From an uncultured bacterium (GTDB lineage: Bacteria > Patescibacteriota > JAHJAL01), in assembly GCA_938004065.1 (NCBI GenBank), contig CALKWM010000039.1, positions 1,313 to 65,312 on the forward strand: a stretch of DNA of 64,000 nucleotides, read 5' to 3'. Each line of letters starts with the position of its first letter. Position 1 is the stretch's first letter. This document shows, in pieces, positions 9,301 through 18,383 of the stretch. The position numbers were made by a program, and so were the translations under genes. Under the pieces are notes generated by a model that had not been told where the DNA came from, searched no databases, and worked only from the letters and a program-made list of their open reading frames with translations.

Positions 9301-10781
9301 CCAAGGGCACCACCGCTGATCAAGTTACTCTGAGTAGATCAAATCCGACATCAAGCGGTTATCTGGATTTAAACTTGGATTTTGACTATATCGACAGTGA
9401 ATTGACCGACCCTTCCATTTCCATCAATTTTTCCGATCTGGATCTGCATGGGGATACCGTCACTTCCGGTTCCAATACCGCCACATTGTTTGAGACATTT
9501 ACTTTGTATGATACTTCTGGCAACCAATTGGCATATTTAGACAGCAGTTATGGTTCTGATGATAATTTTACTTGGAGTACACCGATTGATAAAGATTTAA
9601 TAATTGACAACACTTTACATCTGCGAGCCAGAATGACCGCTACTGTCACCCTGACCACCGGTAGTTCCATAACCTTGCAAAATACCATTGAAGGAATGTC
9701 TGATATTTCAATCTGTGGCATCTATGACTGTAGTGTTCCCGAGACAATCGAACTAACAACTTCCGATGATTGCGATGGTATCAATCTCTCCTGGACAAAA
9801 TTTACTGATGAATACATTTCTGGCTACAAATTGCTTCGTTCAACCACCGACCCTGATTTAACCTACCCTGAAGATGGTTATTATCAGTATTTAAGTGGCC
9901 AAAATACTATAAATTATCAAGACACCAATGTCGTGGATGGGCAGGGATACTATTACCGCATTGGCGCTTACCTTAACGGCCAAATTCTCTCCTATTCCGA
10001 TACTGAATACATCGTGGCTCACACCGATTGTTACAATCAGACCATCACTCCCATTCTGGATTGTGTGGATGATAACGATAACGGCATATACACAGCGCAT
10101 TTTGGTTACGACAATCCCAACTCCGCTACCGTCAACATACCGATAGGCAATAAAAACAAATTTATACCCGATCCAAAAAATCGTGGACAAATGACCAGTT
10201 TTCTCCCGGGTAATTTTTCAGACGAGTTTCAGGTGGTATTTAACGGTTTGAATCTCAAATGGGTTATAAAAAGTCCCAATGGTCAAAGCCGTTCAGTTAT
10301 CGCCAAAAAAACTTCTCCCTCTTGCTCAAGCTGTATGCCAACTATTGAGGTGGAATTCAATTGCGATATGCATAGTGTTTATGTGGAATCCGACAAAGAA
10401 CTTTCAAATGTGGTATTGGAATTGGAGGACGGAACTCATCAAAAATTTGATGACTTATCCGGATATTCCGGTACCTTTTCACCAACCGGCTCAAATGAGG
10501 GTAAATTAATTACTGGCATCTGGGTTAAATCCGGGTGTAACTCCAGTGGAGATGGGCCCGGCTATGGTGAGTATTTCCCCAATCCTTACTATCCCGAAGG
10601 GTGTCCGATCGAGCCCTGTTGTGATGACGACTTGGTAATTGAATTCAATAACGCCACCAGCACTCTTTCCACTCCTTGTATCATCGTTCCTGAATTCACA
10701 TTGTTATTTGGCGCTCCACTTGTTGGCTATCTGTATTTACGAAAAAAACAAAACGAAGCTAAAAATAAAAACAAAAAATAA
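6375..10781 (+). CDS. Giant membrane protein. An N-terminal GT2 (family-2 glycosyltransferase) processive-synthase-like domain is fused to a large extracytoplasmic Cys-rich/FN3-like domain, with a C-terminal PEF-CTERM-like sorting signal.
   Basis: GT2 motifs are present: IVIADDSND, the DxD motif YDADF, and the QxxRW motif as QQIRWAEG. Multiple TM helices. Cys-rich segment CDLNCDGDDGECSGEECSTCDKSGDDCDL. Tail VPEFTLLFGAPLVGYLYLRKKQNEAKNKNKK has a PEF tripeptide, a TM helix and a basic cluster. Confidence 0.75.
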   Translation: MLYTYFQQLGPYFSWIGLFCGLFFFMYSVRYYVVSILVLMKDQKALAEHMAEESSRTNLGFIITAVNMNKHLSEKFKKIFQSKKVLGFKTTRVKNEEMLSHVTQTEAGFVTQKVNMATSQKYQELLARLRNIYWQISQEKNKIVVYPARLGIRKRLHTMMMLIIMKSNYHDLRRSVLNYWFEFKQYLSGNKSFTVDKKKALIQTNNLNKFANFPAFYLGFKKTVIGQTKKMAVLAKRKASLVNLNSIEIIDDPALQPFISIHLAFYNEENVAERCIEACLAQDYEQYEIVIADDSNDRTAEILARYAHHPKIKIVRRDNREGFKGGALKEAIKATNPRAKFINVYDADFVPPPNTLKNFMKEFFTQNGNSFDLSGEDKNLAAVQGYQWHVLNKDENFVTAGIRFGFAGGYMVERVAQQYFGAMKMIAGSVFVIRRDVMEQYGWQMPDGYTSIVEDWNLTIRMYIDGWKIGYTPDIKVPAECVNSLSRLSKQQIRWAEGHTWNVKKYFFQVLSSAKMTLIEKLEFLHYGPFYLQSAFFILGTFGWIVGELIFHAKVPGWTATLGWSLVFTNLMALPVMCISGIVLERGENRDYNILPFLTFIYYIIPSLAYASVRGLVSTHESGWVRTKKTGSITDGIIEGHMASKNQKLIDKNIEIFQEGLEKAAAQYQKAHPMFKAKTSVTEDLAKGRLWMELKRVPRLGLMIILIMSITLGSLGYIASTEKTLASPDVLYLNSPQYLSYYTANSPTEIAIGPNNNSYSWYSDLCPIGDDPGGVAAGNYSAYLVLNQKPTVDKNYSLSVGHVNESGGDYQAITSTGLTINQSTSNLLSINLGNGPEIVCNKENKRKMVFTISYVGAPSGCDLNCDGDDGECSGEECSTCDKSGDDCDLSDISDEKEQIITNDIAEESTTISDSKPKKIKQSNLSDELIFNRSGFSPFIETAHATVIPCGEEVCNYTDDMNFYTALSATASGTYPTKGTTADQVTLSRSNPTSSGYLDLNLDFDYIDSELTDPSISINFSDLDLHGDTVTSGSNTATLFETFTLYDTSGNQLAYLDSSYGSDDNFTWSTPIDKDLIIDNTLHLRARMTATVTLTTGSSITLQNTIEGMSDISICGIYDCSVPETIELTTSDDCDGINLSWTKFTDEYISGYKLLRSTTDPDLTYPEDGYYQYLSGQNTINYQDTNVVDGQGYYYRIGAYLNGQILSYSDTEYIVAHTDCYNQTITPILDCVDDNDNGIYTAHFGYDNPNSATVNIPIGNKNKFIPDPKNRGQMTSFLPGNFSDEFQVVFNGLNLKWVIKSPNGQSRSVIAKKTSPSCSSCMPTIEVEFNCDMHSVYVESDKELSNVVLELEDGTHQKFDDLSGYSGTFSPTGSNEGKLITGIWVKSGCNSSGDGPGYGEYFPNPYYPEGCPIEPCCDDDLVIEFNNATSTLSTPCIIVPEFTLLFGAPLVGYLYLRKKQNEAKNKNKK

Positions 10782-10783
10782 TT

Positions 10784-11524
10784 ATGAAAAAGAATATCAA
10801 AAAAATTCAGAAGTTTGGAAACAAAATCAACCGACGAGCCAAAAGTGTTTTTGCCAAAATTTTCCAATCCATCCACAATTTTTTCATTAAAACCGCCGAC
10901 TTTGTCGCCACGCCCGAAAAAGACGCCTCCACCAAACATACCAAATACATCAACCTTTCAACCATTCAGTTAATAGTAATATTTGCTTGTGTAATCCTGA
11001 TTTTGATGCCTTTTGTTACTACTTTCAACGAATTTATCACCCGCATCGTGATGCGTATTGAAGCTTACAAAATTATCCAAAACCAGATTGTTCCTTATGA
11101 AGCACGAGTTGTTACTGGTTTCCTGCAAGCCATCGGCATCGAAGCCCAAGCCAGCATGACTCGTATCAATATGATGCGCGGCGACACTCCGATTGATGTT
11201 TTCATCAGCTGGAACTGTATCGGTTGGCAAAGTTTCGTCCTGCTCATCATTACCATGTTTGTCGGTTTAAAAGGACCATTTACCACCGCCAGCAAAATCG
11301 AAGTCGTCTTGATCGGAATATTGGGCACTATCCTGTTGGGACTCTTTAGAATATCGTTCATCGCTCTGATCGCTTACTATTTTGGAGAACTTTCCGCTGT
11401 AATTTTCCATGACTATGTCAGCACCATCATGATTATCATCTGGCTCATCACCTTCTGGATATTTGCCCAGCAGTTTCTGCTCCACCATATTGACTTTGTC
11501 AAAATTCCCAGCCGTAAAAAATAA
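10784..11524 (+). CDS. Putative exosortase/archaeosortase-family polytopic membrane protein.
   Basis: 246 aa with about 7 TM helices. Conserved-looking Cys in WNCIGWQS (compare the CSGxRS-type exosortase motif) and Arg in GLFRISF about 44 residues later. Its start is 3 nt after the stop of the PEF-CTERM-like protein, so the two are probably co-translated. The family call is by motif resemblance only. Confidence 0.45.
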   Translation: MKKNIKKIQKFGNKINRRAKSVFAKIFQSIHNFFIKTADFVATPEKDASTKHTKYINLSTIQLIVIFACVILILMPFVTTFNEFITRIVMRIEAYKIIQNQIVPYEARVVTGFLQAIGIEAQASMTRINMMRGDTPIDVFISWNCIGWQSFVLLIITMFVGLKGPFTTASKIEVVLIGILGTILLGLFRISFIALIAYYFGELSAVIFHDYVSTIMIIIWLITFWIFAQQFLLHHIDFVKIPSRKK

Positions 11525-11556
11525 TCATAAAAATATATCTACCAAAAAAAATAACA

Positions 11557-13638
11557 ATGGCTAAAAAACAAAAACAAATTCAAGTGATCGAAAAAACCAA
11601 AGATTATACACATTTGATCAATATCGGCATGATACTCTCGCTTATTGCCTTGCAAGCAATTCTGCTCTATCCGATGTTTTTGGACGGTTACTCCCGATTT
11701 ACCGAAAACATTGAAGCCGCTCACATCGCCAACGCCCAATATATCCTCAATCATTTTGGTGAAAAATGGAATCCGCTTTGGTATTTTGGTTTTCCTGTCC
11801 ATTTGACCTATCCGCCGGTTTTTCCATATTTAATCGCTGCTATCAGTAGTATTTCCAGTCTTTCGGTCAATTATGTTTACCGCATTCTAACCGCAATTTT
11901 CATGATCTTGACCCCATTTTCCGTATACCTATTTACTCTGTATCTAACCAGACGCAAAACAACCGCTTATCTTTCCAGTTTGTTATACATATTATTGCCT
12001 TCAATTGCTTATTTGTTTATCCCGCAGTTAGCGATGCACACACCTCTTGCCGGATACGCGCCTTTTCGTTTGATCACTTTCGCTCAATACGGTGAAGGTC
12101 CTCACCTAGGTTCAATATTTTTTATACCTCTGGCCGCCATGTATTTTATCAAAAGCTACCGTGAACCGGATATCAAAAATTATTTTTTTGCCTCGCTTTT
12201 TATCGCCCTTACCATGCTTACCAACTTGTTTGGCGGTATCGCGCTACTGATAATTTTGGGCATTATCATTCTCGGTAAAATGGCGATTTATCTGTTTGAA
12301 TTCAATCTGAAACGTTTAATTGTGATTATCCTATTATCTTATTTTTTCACCGCTTTTGTTTACGATTTGAATTTCGTTCAATCGATTTTGCAAAGTTCCT
12401 ATATTCATCCGGAAAACGCCGCCCATTGGCCACCATTTCTGGTTGTGTTTATCTCATTTACCTTTGGAATTCTGCCCATATCATTACTGATTCGCGGTCA
12501 GATGATGGGAAATGACAAAAACTTCAAATGGTTTGTTCCCGTATTATGGACTTTAGTTTTCCTGATTATACCGGTTGTGTATTATCACTTTGGGTTTTCC
12601 CTAGTTACGCAACCCAACCGTTACTTACCGGAATTACAAATAGGTTTTGGCATATTGTCTGCCATGTTTATTACTTCTCTTTGGGATCGTTATCCGGCCA
12701 CTATCAATCGGCCGACTTTGGCTAAAAAAACGGTCGCAATCAGTGTTACATTGATCACCTTGTTTTTACTTTCATATAGCTATATTTCCAATCCTTACTA
12801 TCTAATCAATCCGCAACCCATGGATAAATCATACGAGTATCAAATAGCCGGATGGCTTGACCAAAACATTGATAAATCAACCGGTGAACGAGTGTATCTG
12901 ACCGGTACTCCCGCCTTTTGGTTGACCGCTTTCAAAGAAGTGCCTCAAATTCGTGGTAGTGCCGATAACGCTCAACCCAACCCTTGGTGGGCCGACGCCT
13001 CCTATCAAATCAACAAAGGTGATGACGCCAATCTAACCAAGTCATGGCTCAACCTGATGAATGTCAAATACATTGTGATTAATTATCCGGAAAGTGGAAC
13101 CCACTATGTTGACTATGAAAACTATGATCGATTCAATGATTATGAAAGAGTGGCCGAGTTTGCTGATGGCGGATTTGCCGTTCTCCAAGTACCGGATAGC
13201 AATCTCTCGCTATTCTCTGTAGTCAATACTCAGGATGATAATTACGTCAATACTATTGCCTCCAAAAAAGATTTCAACAATATTAACAATTTTGCCGCTA
13301 TGTTAAATAGTGCGGACAATTCCAAACTTAATTATCAGATTAATTCTGCTTCCAGCTATACGATAAAATCAGATTTTATGTTAAAAGGTGATGTAATAAT
13401 TTTTAAAAGTAACTATGATCCACGCTGGGTAGCCACCGATCAAAATGGTACCAATCTAAAGATAGAGCCAATCGGACCGAATTTTGTAGAAATCACTCCC
13501 GCCACCGCCGGCGCAGTTGAGATCAGATTGACCATGACTTCCATCTGGAGCGAATATTTAGGATATATTTCGACTACAATGGCAATCGTATTTTCCGTAA
13601 TCTTGCTTTTCCGTCGCAAAAATAAATTCATTGACTAA
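11557..13638 (+). CDS. Large polytopic membrane protein with a C-terminal extracytoplasmic domain and a terminal TM helix; possible GT-C-type glycosyltransferase.
   Basis: 693 aa. About 11 N-terminal TM helices, a ~300-aa soluble region and a final hydrophobic helix. The architecture resembles the second large membrane protein in this cluster. Confidence 0.4.
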   Translation: MAKKQKQIQVIEKTKDYTHLINIGMILSLIALQAILLYPMFLDGYSRFTENIEAAHIANAQYILNHFGEKWNPLWYFGFPVHLTYPPVFPYLIAAISSISSLSVNYVYRILTAIFMILTPFSVYLFTLYLTRRKTTAYLSSLLYILLPSIAYLFIPQLAMHTPLAGYAPFRLITFAQYGEGPHLGSIFFIPLAAMYFIKSYREPDIKNYFFASLFIALTMLTNLFGGIALLIILGIIILGKMAIYLFEFNLKRLIVIILLSYFFTAFVYDLNFVQSILQSSYIHPENAAHWPPFLVVFISFTFGILPISLLIRGQMMGNDKNFKWFVPVLWTLVFLIIPVVYYHFGFSLVTQPNRYLPELQIGFGILSAMFITSLWDRYPATINRPTLAKKTVAISVTLITLFLLSYSYISNPYYLINPQPMDKSYEYQIAGWLDQNIDKSTGERVYLTGTPAFWLTAFKEVPQIRGSADNAQPNPWWADASYQINKGDDANLTKSWLNLMNVKYIVINYPESGTHYVDYENYDRFNDYERVAEFADGGFAVLQVPDSNLSLFSVVNTQDDNYVNTIASKKDFNNINNFAAMLNSADNSKLNYQINSASSYTIKSDFMLKGDVIIFKSNYDPRWVATDQNGTNLKIEPIGPNFVEITPATAGAVEIRLTMTSIWSEYLGYISTTMAIVFSVILLFRRKNKFID

Positions 13639-13845
13639 TAAAATTATCAACTATCAATATCCAATTTACAATTTTAAAATTCCAAACATCCATTCGACCG
13701 GTCTAAAGAATCTCAAATATCAACCATTCAACCATTTAGTAATTTAGCCACTCTTATAATTCACAATATGTCAATATCACAATATTTTTTCTAACTTCGA
13801 AATTTGTTAACAACAATTCAACCATTTAACCATTTATTTACTATC

Positions 13846-14529
13846 ATGAACACAAACCAAAACCAAAAACAATTACTCGATGACATCCATGCCAATATCG
13901 CCGGTGATTACTATGACGACTCGATTGCCAACAATCCGATCAAAAAAGTATTTCATCACTATCGATTTAAAAACATCGGGGAGATGTTAAACAAAAGTTC
14001 CCAAAATCTGCTCGATATCGGCTGTGCCGGTGGTACTTTTACCAATGAATTGTCTAAACATACTGATGCGAAAATAACGGCGATTGATATCTCACCGCAA
14101 GCCATCGAATACGCCAGTCGGCAATACCCCCACATCGATTTTCAAGTTCATGACGCCGCCGAAGAGTATTTCCCTTTCCCGGACAATAGTTTTGAAACCG
14201 TTACCATGCTGGAAACTTTGGAACATGTTTTAAATCCGGTAGAAATTCTACAAGACATCAAACGAGTGGTCAAAGACGATGGCGAGGTAATTATCCTGGT
14301 ACCCTCCGAGAACTGGCATTTCAGGTTGGGATGGGAGATCTGGACCAGACTGCCGGGCAACATCGGCGGTGCGGCCTGGGATGAATCACATGTTCAACGA
14401 TTTGATGGGCACAAACTACGTCATCTGATGGAATTTATCGGTTACGAAATACTGGAGGAACGATGGTTTAACTTGGGACTACTGGTTGCTGTCAAAGCCC
14501 GCCCGAAATATCCGAATATTAATTATTAA
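13846..14529 (+). CDS. Class I SAM-dependent methyltransferase.
   Basis: LDIGCAGGTFTNEL is SAM-binding motif I. The acidic D at the end of beta-2 is in ITAIDIS. The ORF track begins at 13804 but the internal ATG at 13846 is the likelier start. Confidence 0.7.
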   Translation: MNTNQNQKQLLDDIHANIAGDYYDDSIANNPIKKVFHHYRFKNIGEMLNKSSQNLLDIGCAGGTFTNELSKHTDAKITAIDISPQAIEYASRQYPHIDFQVHDAAEEYFPFPDNSFETVTMLETLEHVLNPVEILQDIKRVVKDDGEVIILVPSENWHFRLGWEIWTRLPGNIGGAAWDESHVQRFDGHKLRHLMEFIGYEILEERWFNLGLLVAVKARPKYPNINY

Positions 14530-14560
14530 GCAATATGCAATATGCAATATGCAATATGCA
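14529..14560. repeat. Microsatellite (GCAATAT) x4.
   Basis: Four perfect tandem 7-mers immediately after the methyltransferase stop codon. Confidence 0.6.
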
Positions 14561-14605
14561 ACAACAATTACCAAGTTTCAATATCCAAGTATATTGCAAA
14601 ATACA

Positions 14606-14757
14606 AAATGTCATCCTTCAACCTGATCCGCCTTGGGTGGACAAGCGATTCAGGATCCCGTAACAAATTTTCAATGATTAATTATCAAAATAAATCAAAT
14701 AGATCCTGAATTGCTCGAATATTCGCTTCGCTCATTTCGGGTTCAGGATGACAAATT
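14606..14757. mobile_element. MITE-like element of the same core family, with TIR GTCATCCT../..AGGATGAC and internal GGATCC-containing GC hairpins.
   Basis: TGTCATCCTTCAACCTGATCCGCCTTGGGTGG..GGATCCCG and ..GGGTTCAGGATGACA form inverted ends. The core resembles the other copies. Confidence 0.45.
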
Positions 14758-14793
14758 TATTCTTCAATTTTATTTTTAATTCGTAATTATTAA

Positions 14794-17526
14794 TTGTATT
14801 CATCAATTATGAGAGCCAACTACCACAAAATTTTATTAATTTTCGATCTGGCGATAATCATCGCCTTGACGGTGTACTTGAGTTTCGCTACCGGCATGTG
14901 GCATGGCTATCCGATTGGAACGGATGCCTATGCTCACTTATCCAAAGTGAAATTTATGTACGAAAATTTTCCCAATTTTGAATGGTATTCCTATTGGGCA
15001 AACGGGATGCCGATGTTTTTGTGGTACAGTATCGTGCCATACCTCTTCATCTTGATTCTCAAATATTTGGGCTCCTCCTATGAACTTTCAATTCAATTGA
15101 TGTCAATCGCTAGTATTTTCGTAATGGTGTATTCCATCTATCGCATTGTATTATTTGGATCCAAAAATCGGATGGCGGGATTTTTGGCAGCCCTTGTCGC
15201 GCTCACCATGCCGGCCATCTGGGGACGTATGGCGATGGGGGAGATACCTCGTCTGATTGGTACCATGTTTTTGCCTCTGTCATGGCTAATGGTTATTTAT
15301 TATCTCAACACTCAAAAACCCGGACGCTGGTTAAAATTTGCTACCATCATCTCTTTGGCTTTGGCTTTCAGCGGTCACTTTATCATCACCGGTATCACTT
15401 TAGCCACCATTTTGGTAATATTTTATTTTCATGGCGGTATTAAAAAATCTTTGGAAAATATCACTCACTTAGTAATACCAGGAATGTTACTTTCATTTTT
15501 TACCGTTTTGCCATTTTTTATCTCCGCCGGTATCAAGCAGGTGTTTGGTGAAGGTTTGTTTGCCGGGGAAAGTTCTCACGCCCCCACCAATCTATGGAAA
15601 TTTGTTACCACTTTGTTTCCTCTAAACGACCGCATCGCCTGGATCGACAATGATTATGGTGCCAGTTTTCACTGGCTGGTCTTGCCGCTGGTGGCGATAT
15701 TTGTTTTTCTTGCCCTTCATCATCGTGAAAAGCACATCAACCAACAAACGGTTTTCTCCGAATGGCACATCTTGAAATCATTTTGCTATCTGAGTTTATT
15801 TATAACTCTGTTTGGCACTGCCATGTATTTTGGCTATCCTGGTAACCTGTATAACGCCTCGCTTCCTCCAACCGACGCCTTTTTCTATCTATCACTAACA
15901 CTGCCGGTCGTGATCGGTCTGGGTTTCCACTATGGTCTGGCCAGATTTCACAATCGCGCCATTGTCTTTGTCTTTAGTGTCATCTCTCTTGTTTTCGTTG
16001 CCGGAATACTCTATCCGCTCCCTGACTTCACGATCAAAGCCAATGATAACTATCGATATTTCAACAAGGAAAATACCGTCCAACAAGAATTTGCCGATAC
16101 TATCGGGGAAAATCCTGATCAAAATTATCGCTTCGCACACAACAACTCGTTTATCGCCGTTTGGTTTAACTATGATTTCAATATTCCGCAAATCCGTGAC
16201 TACTATTCTCAGGCCTTGCTAAACAACAATGAAAAATTTTGGTTTGAAAATGCTGTCTTTGCTCTCAATGATAACTATCAAGAAGTCAAATACTTGCTCG
16301 ACTGGTTTGGTGTCAAATGGCTATCGGTTTCTTATCCCAATTTCAATTTTGATAAATTCACCAACAATTCAGATCTGTTTACTCCCGTAGCATCCAACAA
16401 TAGTCCAATCAAAGAAGAACGCATTTCCACTTTCGAATATCGTAAGCCCAGCCCGATATTTGCCGCTACTGATGCCAAAACGATTCTCGTAATCGGTGAT
16501 GATGCCGCTTACAATAATCTGCTGATTTCCCTTTCCAAAACTGACCTGGGGTCCGATCAGATAATTCCGATCAAAGCTGAACAAAACGTTGAGTTCTATG
16601 ATTTGGCATACCTCCAAAGATTTGATGCGGTAATGCTCTACAACTTTACCTATCTGGAAAAAGAACATGCTTTTAACATGCTCGATCGGTATGTCTATCA
16701 AGGCGGGTCACTATTAATCGAATCATCCGGTGTCCTGTCCAAGCCCGACGGTGAAATTGCCTTCCTGCCATTTCCGGTTACCGAAATCAATCCGGGAGAT
16801 TTTGGCCGGGATTGGGATTTCAAAACTCAAGCCAATACTCTGAGCGAACCGGTTAACACTGCTGATTTCGGTCCGGCCATCTATGGTGGCGAATTACCTT
16901 GGAGTATGTTGTATGTTGAACCCGAAAACCTGCGTGATAACGCTTTCCCTATACTCTCAAATCACGGCAAAATCGTAGTCGCCGGTATGGACCATGGTGA
17001 CGGCCATGTTATCTGGAGCGGGTTAAACATGTTCTACCATTTCAATAACTATCCGCAAAACGGTGAACGTGATTTGATTACCAATATCATCAACAATATC
17101 ACCAAAAACGAAGCCAAACATCAGATAGTTAGCGGTGAACTGACCAATCCGCAATATCGTCAAATCAATATCGAAAAGTCATCATCATATACCGGCGTCT
17201 TACTCAAAGAAAATAATTTTGATTCCTGGAATGCGTACAATAACGGCCAAAAAACAGAAATCTACACCGCCGGACCCAATATGATGTATGTCTTGCTGGA
17301 TAAAAATTCCGACCAACCGCAACTGATCGAATTTACATATCGTCGGCTGTGGTTTGAATATCTCGCCTGGAGCATTTCTCTAATTTATTTCGTTTGGTTA
17401 ATATATGCCGTCTTTGTCCATCGCGATATGGTGGAAGAACTAAAACAAAAATCCAGAACCATTTCCAAAAAAAATAAATCCAACCAAAAACATAAAACCA
17501 AAGTGGTTAAACGCTCTAAAACTTAA
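14794..17526 (+). CDS. Large polytopic membrane protein, YfhO-like / GT-C-like (putative polyprenyl-phosphate-sugar-dependent glycosyltransferase).
   Basis: 910 aa. About 13 N-terminal TM helices, a ~450-aa extracytoplasmic domain, and a terminal TM plus a Lys-rich tail. It sits next to a CsbB/GtrB-like GT2, as in csbB-yfhO pairs. The family call is by architecture, not by motif. Confidence 0.45.
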   Translation: MYSSIMRANYHKILLIFDLAIIIALTVYLSFATGMWHGYPIGTDAYAHLSKVKFMYENFPNFEWYSYWANGMPMFLWYSIVPYLFILILKYLGSSYELSIQLMSIASIFVMVYSIYRIVLFGSKNRMAGFLAALVALTMPAIWGRMAMGEIPRLIGTMFLPLSWLMVIYYLNTQKPGRWLKFATIISLALAFSGHFIITGITLATILVIFYFHGGIKKSLENITHLVIPGMLLSFFTVLPFFISAGIKQVFGEGLFAGESSHAPTNLWKFVTTLFPLNDRIAWIDNDYGASFHWLVLPLVAIFVFLALHHREKHINQQTVFSEWHILKSFCYLSLFITLFGTAMYFGYPGNLYNASLPPTDAFFYLSLTLPVVIGLGFHYGLARFHNRAIVFVFSVISLVFVAGILYPLPDFTIKANDNYRYFNKENTVQQEFADTIGENPDQNYRFAHNNSFIAVWFNYDFNIPQIRDYYSQALLNNNEKFWFENAVFALNDNYQEVKYLLDWFGVKWLSVSYPNFNFDKFTNNSDLFTPVASNNSPIKEERISTFEYRKPSPIFAATDAKTILVIGDDAAYNNLLISLSKTDLGSDQIIPIKAEQNVEFYDLAYLQRFDAVMLYNFTYLEKEHAFNMLDRYVYQGGSLLIESSGVLSKPDGEIAFLPFPVTEINPGDFGRDWDFKTQANTLSEPVNTADFGPAIYGGELPWSMLYVEPENLRDNAFPILSNHGKIVVAGMDHGDGHVIWSGLNMFYHFNNYPQNGERDLITNIINNITKNEAKHQIVSGELTNPQYRQINIEKSSSYTGVLLKENNFDSWNAYNNGQKTEIYTAGPNMMYVLLDKNSDQPQLIEFTYRRLWFEYLAWSISLIYFVWLIYAVFVHRDMVEELKQKSRTISKKNKSNQKHKTKVVKRSKT

Positions 17527-17551
17527 AAAAATATAATAATTATTTAAAAAA

Positions 17552-18325
17552 ATGAAAAACAAAAAACGAAAAATTGTCATTATTCCAACCTACAACGAAA
17601 TCGAAAATATCCAAGATATTATCGAGGAGATATTTACCATTGTTCCCGATATTCACATCATGATCATCGACGATAACTCACCCGATGGTACCGCCGACAT
17701 CGTAACCAAACTTCAGGCCTTTTACAAAAACCTGCATTTGGTCAAACGTACCGGCAAACTTGGGCTGGGAACCGCCTACAAACTGGGATTTCGACTGGCA
17801 TTAAAAAACGGTTATGATTACATCATGGAAATGGATGCCGACTTTTCTCACGATCCGGCGGTTTTGGAAAATTTCTTTCTCAACATCGAAAACTATGATC
17901 TGGTCATCGGCTCTCGATACGTCGCCGGTGGACGGCTGGTCAACTGGCCATTTATGCGCTGGTTGCTTAGCTATGGAGCCAGTACCTACATCAGGTTGAT
18001 TACCAGTTTGCCGATCAAAGATACCACTGCCGGCTTCAAATGCTTTCGGCGCGAGGTTTTGGAATCGATCAACTTGACCCAAGTTTTATCCGAGGGCTAC
18101 TCCTTCCAAATCGAAATGCATTACAAAGCTTGGAAAAACGGCTGGAGCATCAAAGAAATCCCAATCACTTTTGTCGATCGTAGTTATGGCCAATCCAAAA
18201 TGAACTGGAAAATTATTGCCGAGGCCTTTTTGATACCATGGAAATTAAAACTGCAACCGGTCTATGAATACATTCGCCGTGAAAAAGTTAGATTCGATTT
18301 TGAAGATATTGATTTTGATAAATAA
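17552..18325 (+). CDS. GT2 polyprenyl-phosphate sugar transferase (Dpm1/GtrB/CsbB-like).
   Basis: IVIIPTYNEIENI and IIDDNSPDGTADIV are typical of dolichyl/undecaprenyl-phosphate GT2 enzymes. ADFSHDP supplies the DxD-like motif. Confidence 0.8.
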   Translation: MKNKKRKIVIIPTYNEIENIQDIIEEIFTIVPDIHIMIIDDNSPDGTADIVTKLQAFYKNLHLVKRTGKLGLGTAYKLGFRLALKNGYDYIMEMDADFSHDPAVLENFFLNIENYDLVIGSRYVAGGRLVNWPFMRWLLSYGASTYIRLITSLPIKDTTAGFKCFRREVLESINLTQVLSEGYSFQIEMHYKAWKNGWSIKEIPITFVDRSYGQSKMNWKIIAEAFLIPWKLKLQPVYEYIRREKVRFDFEDIDFDK

Positions 18326-18383
18326 AAAGTAAAGATTAACCCTCTTAAAACTTTTTTATCTCGTTTTTTATCGGGAGTTTTTT

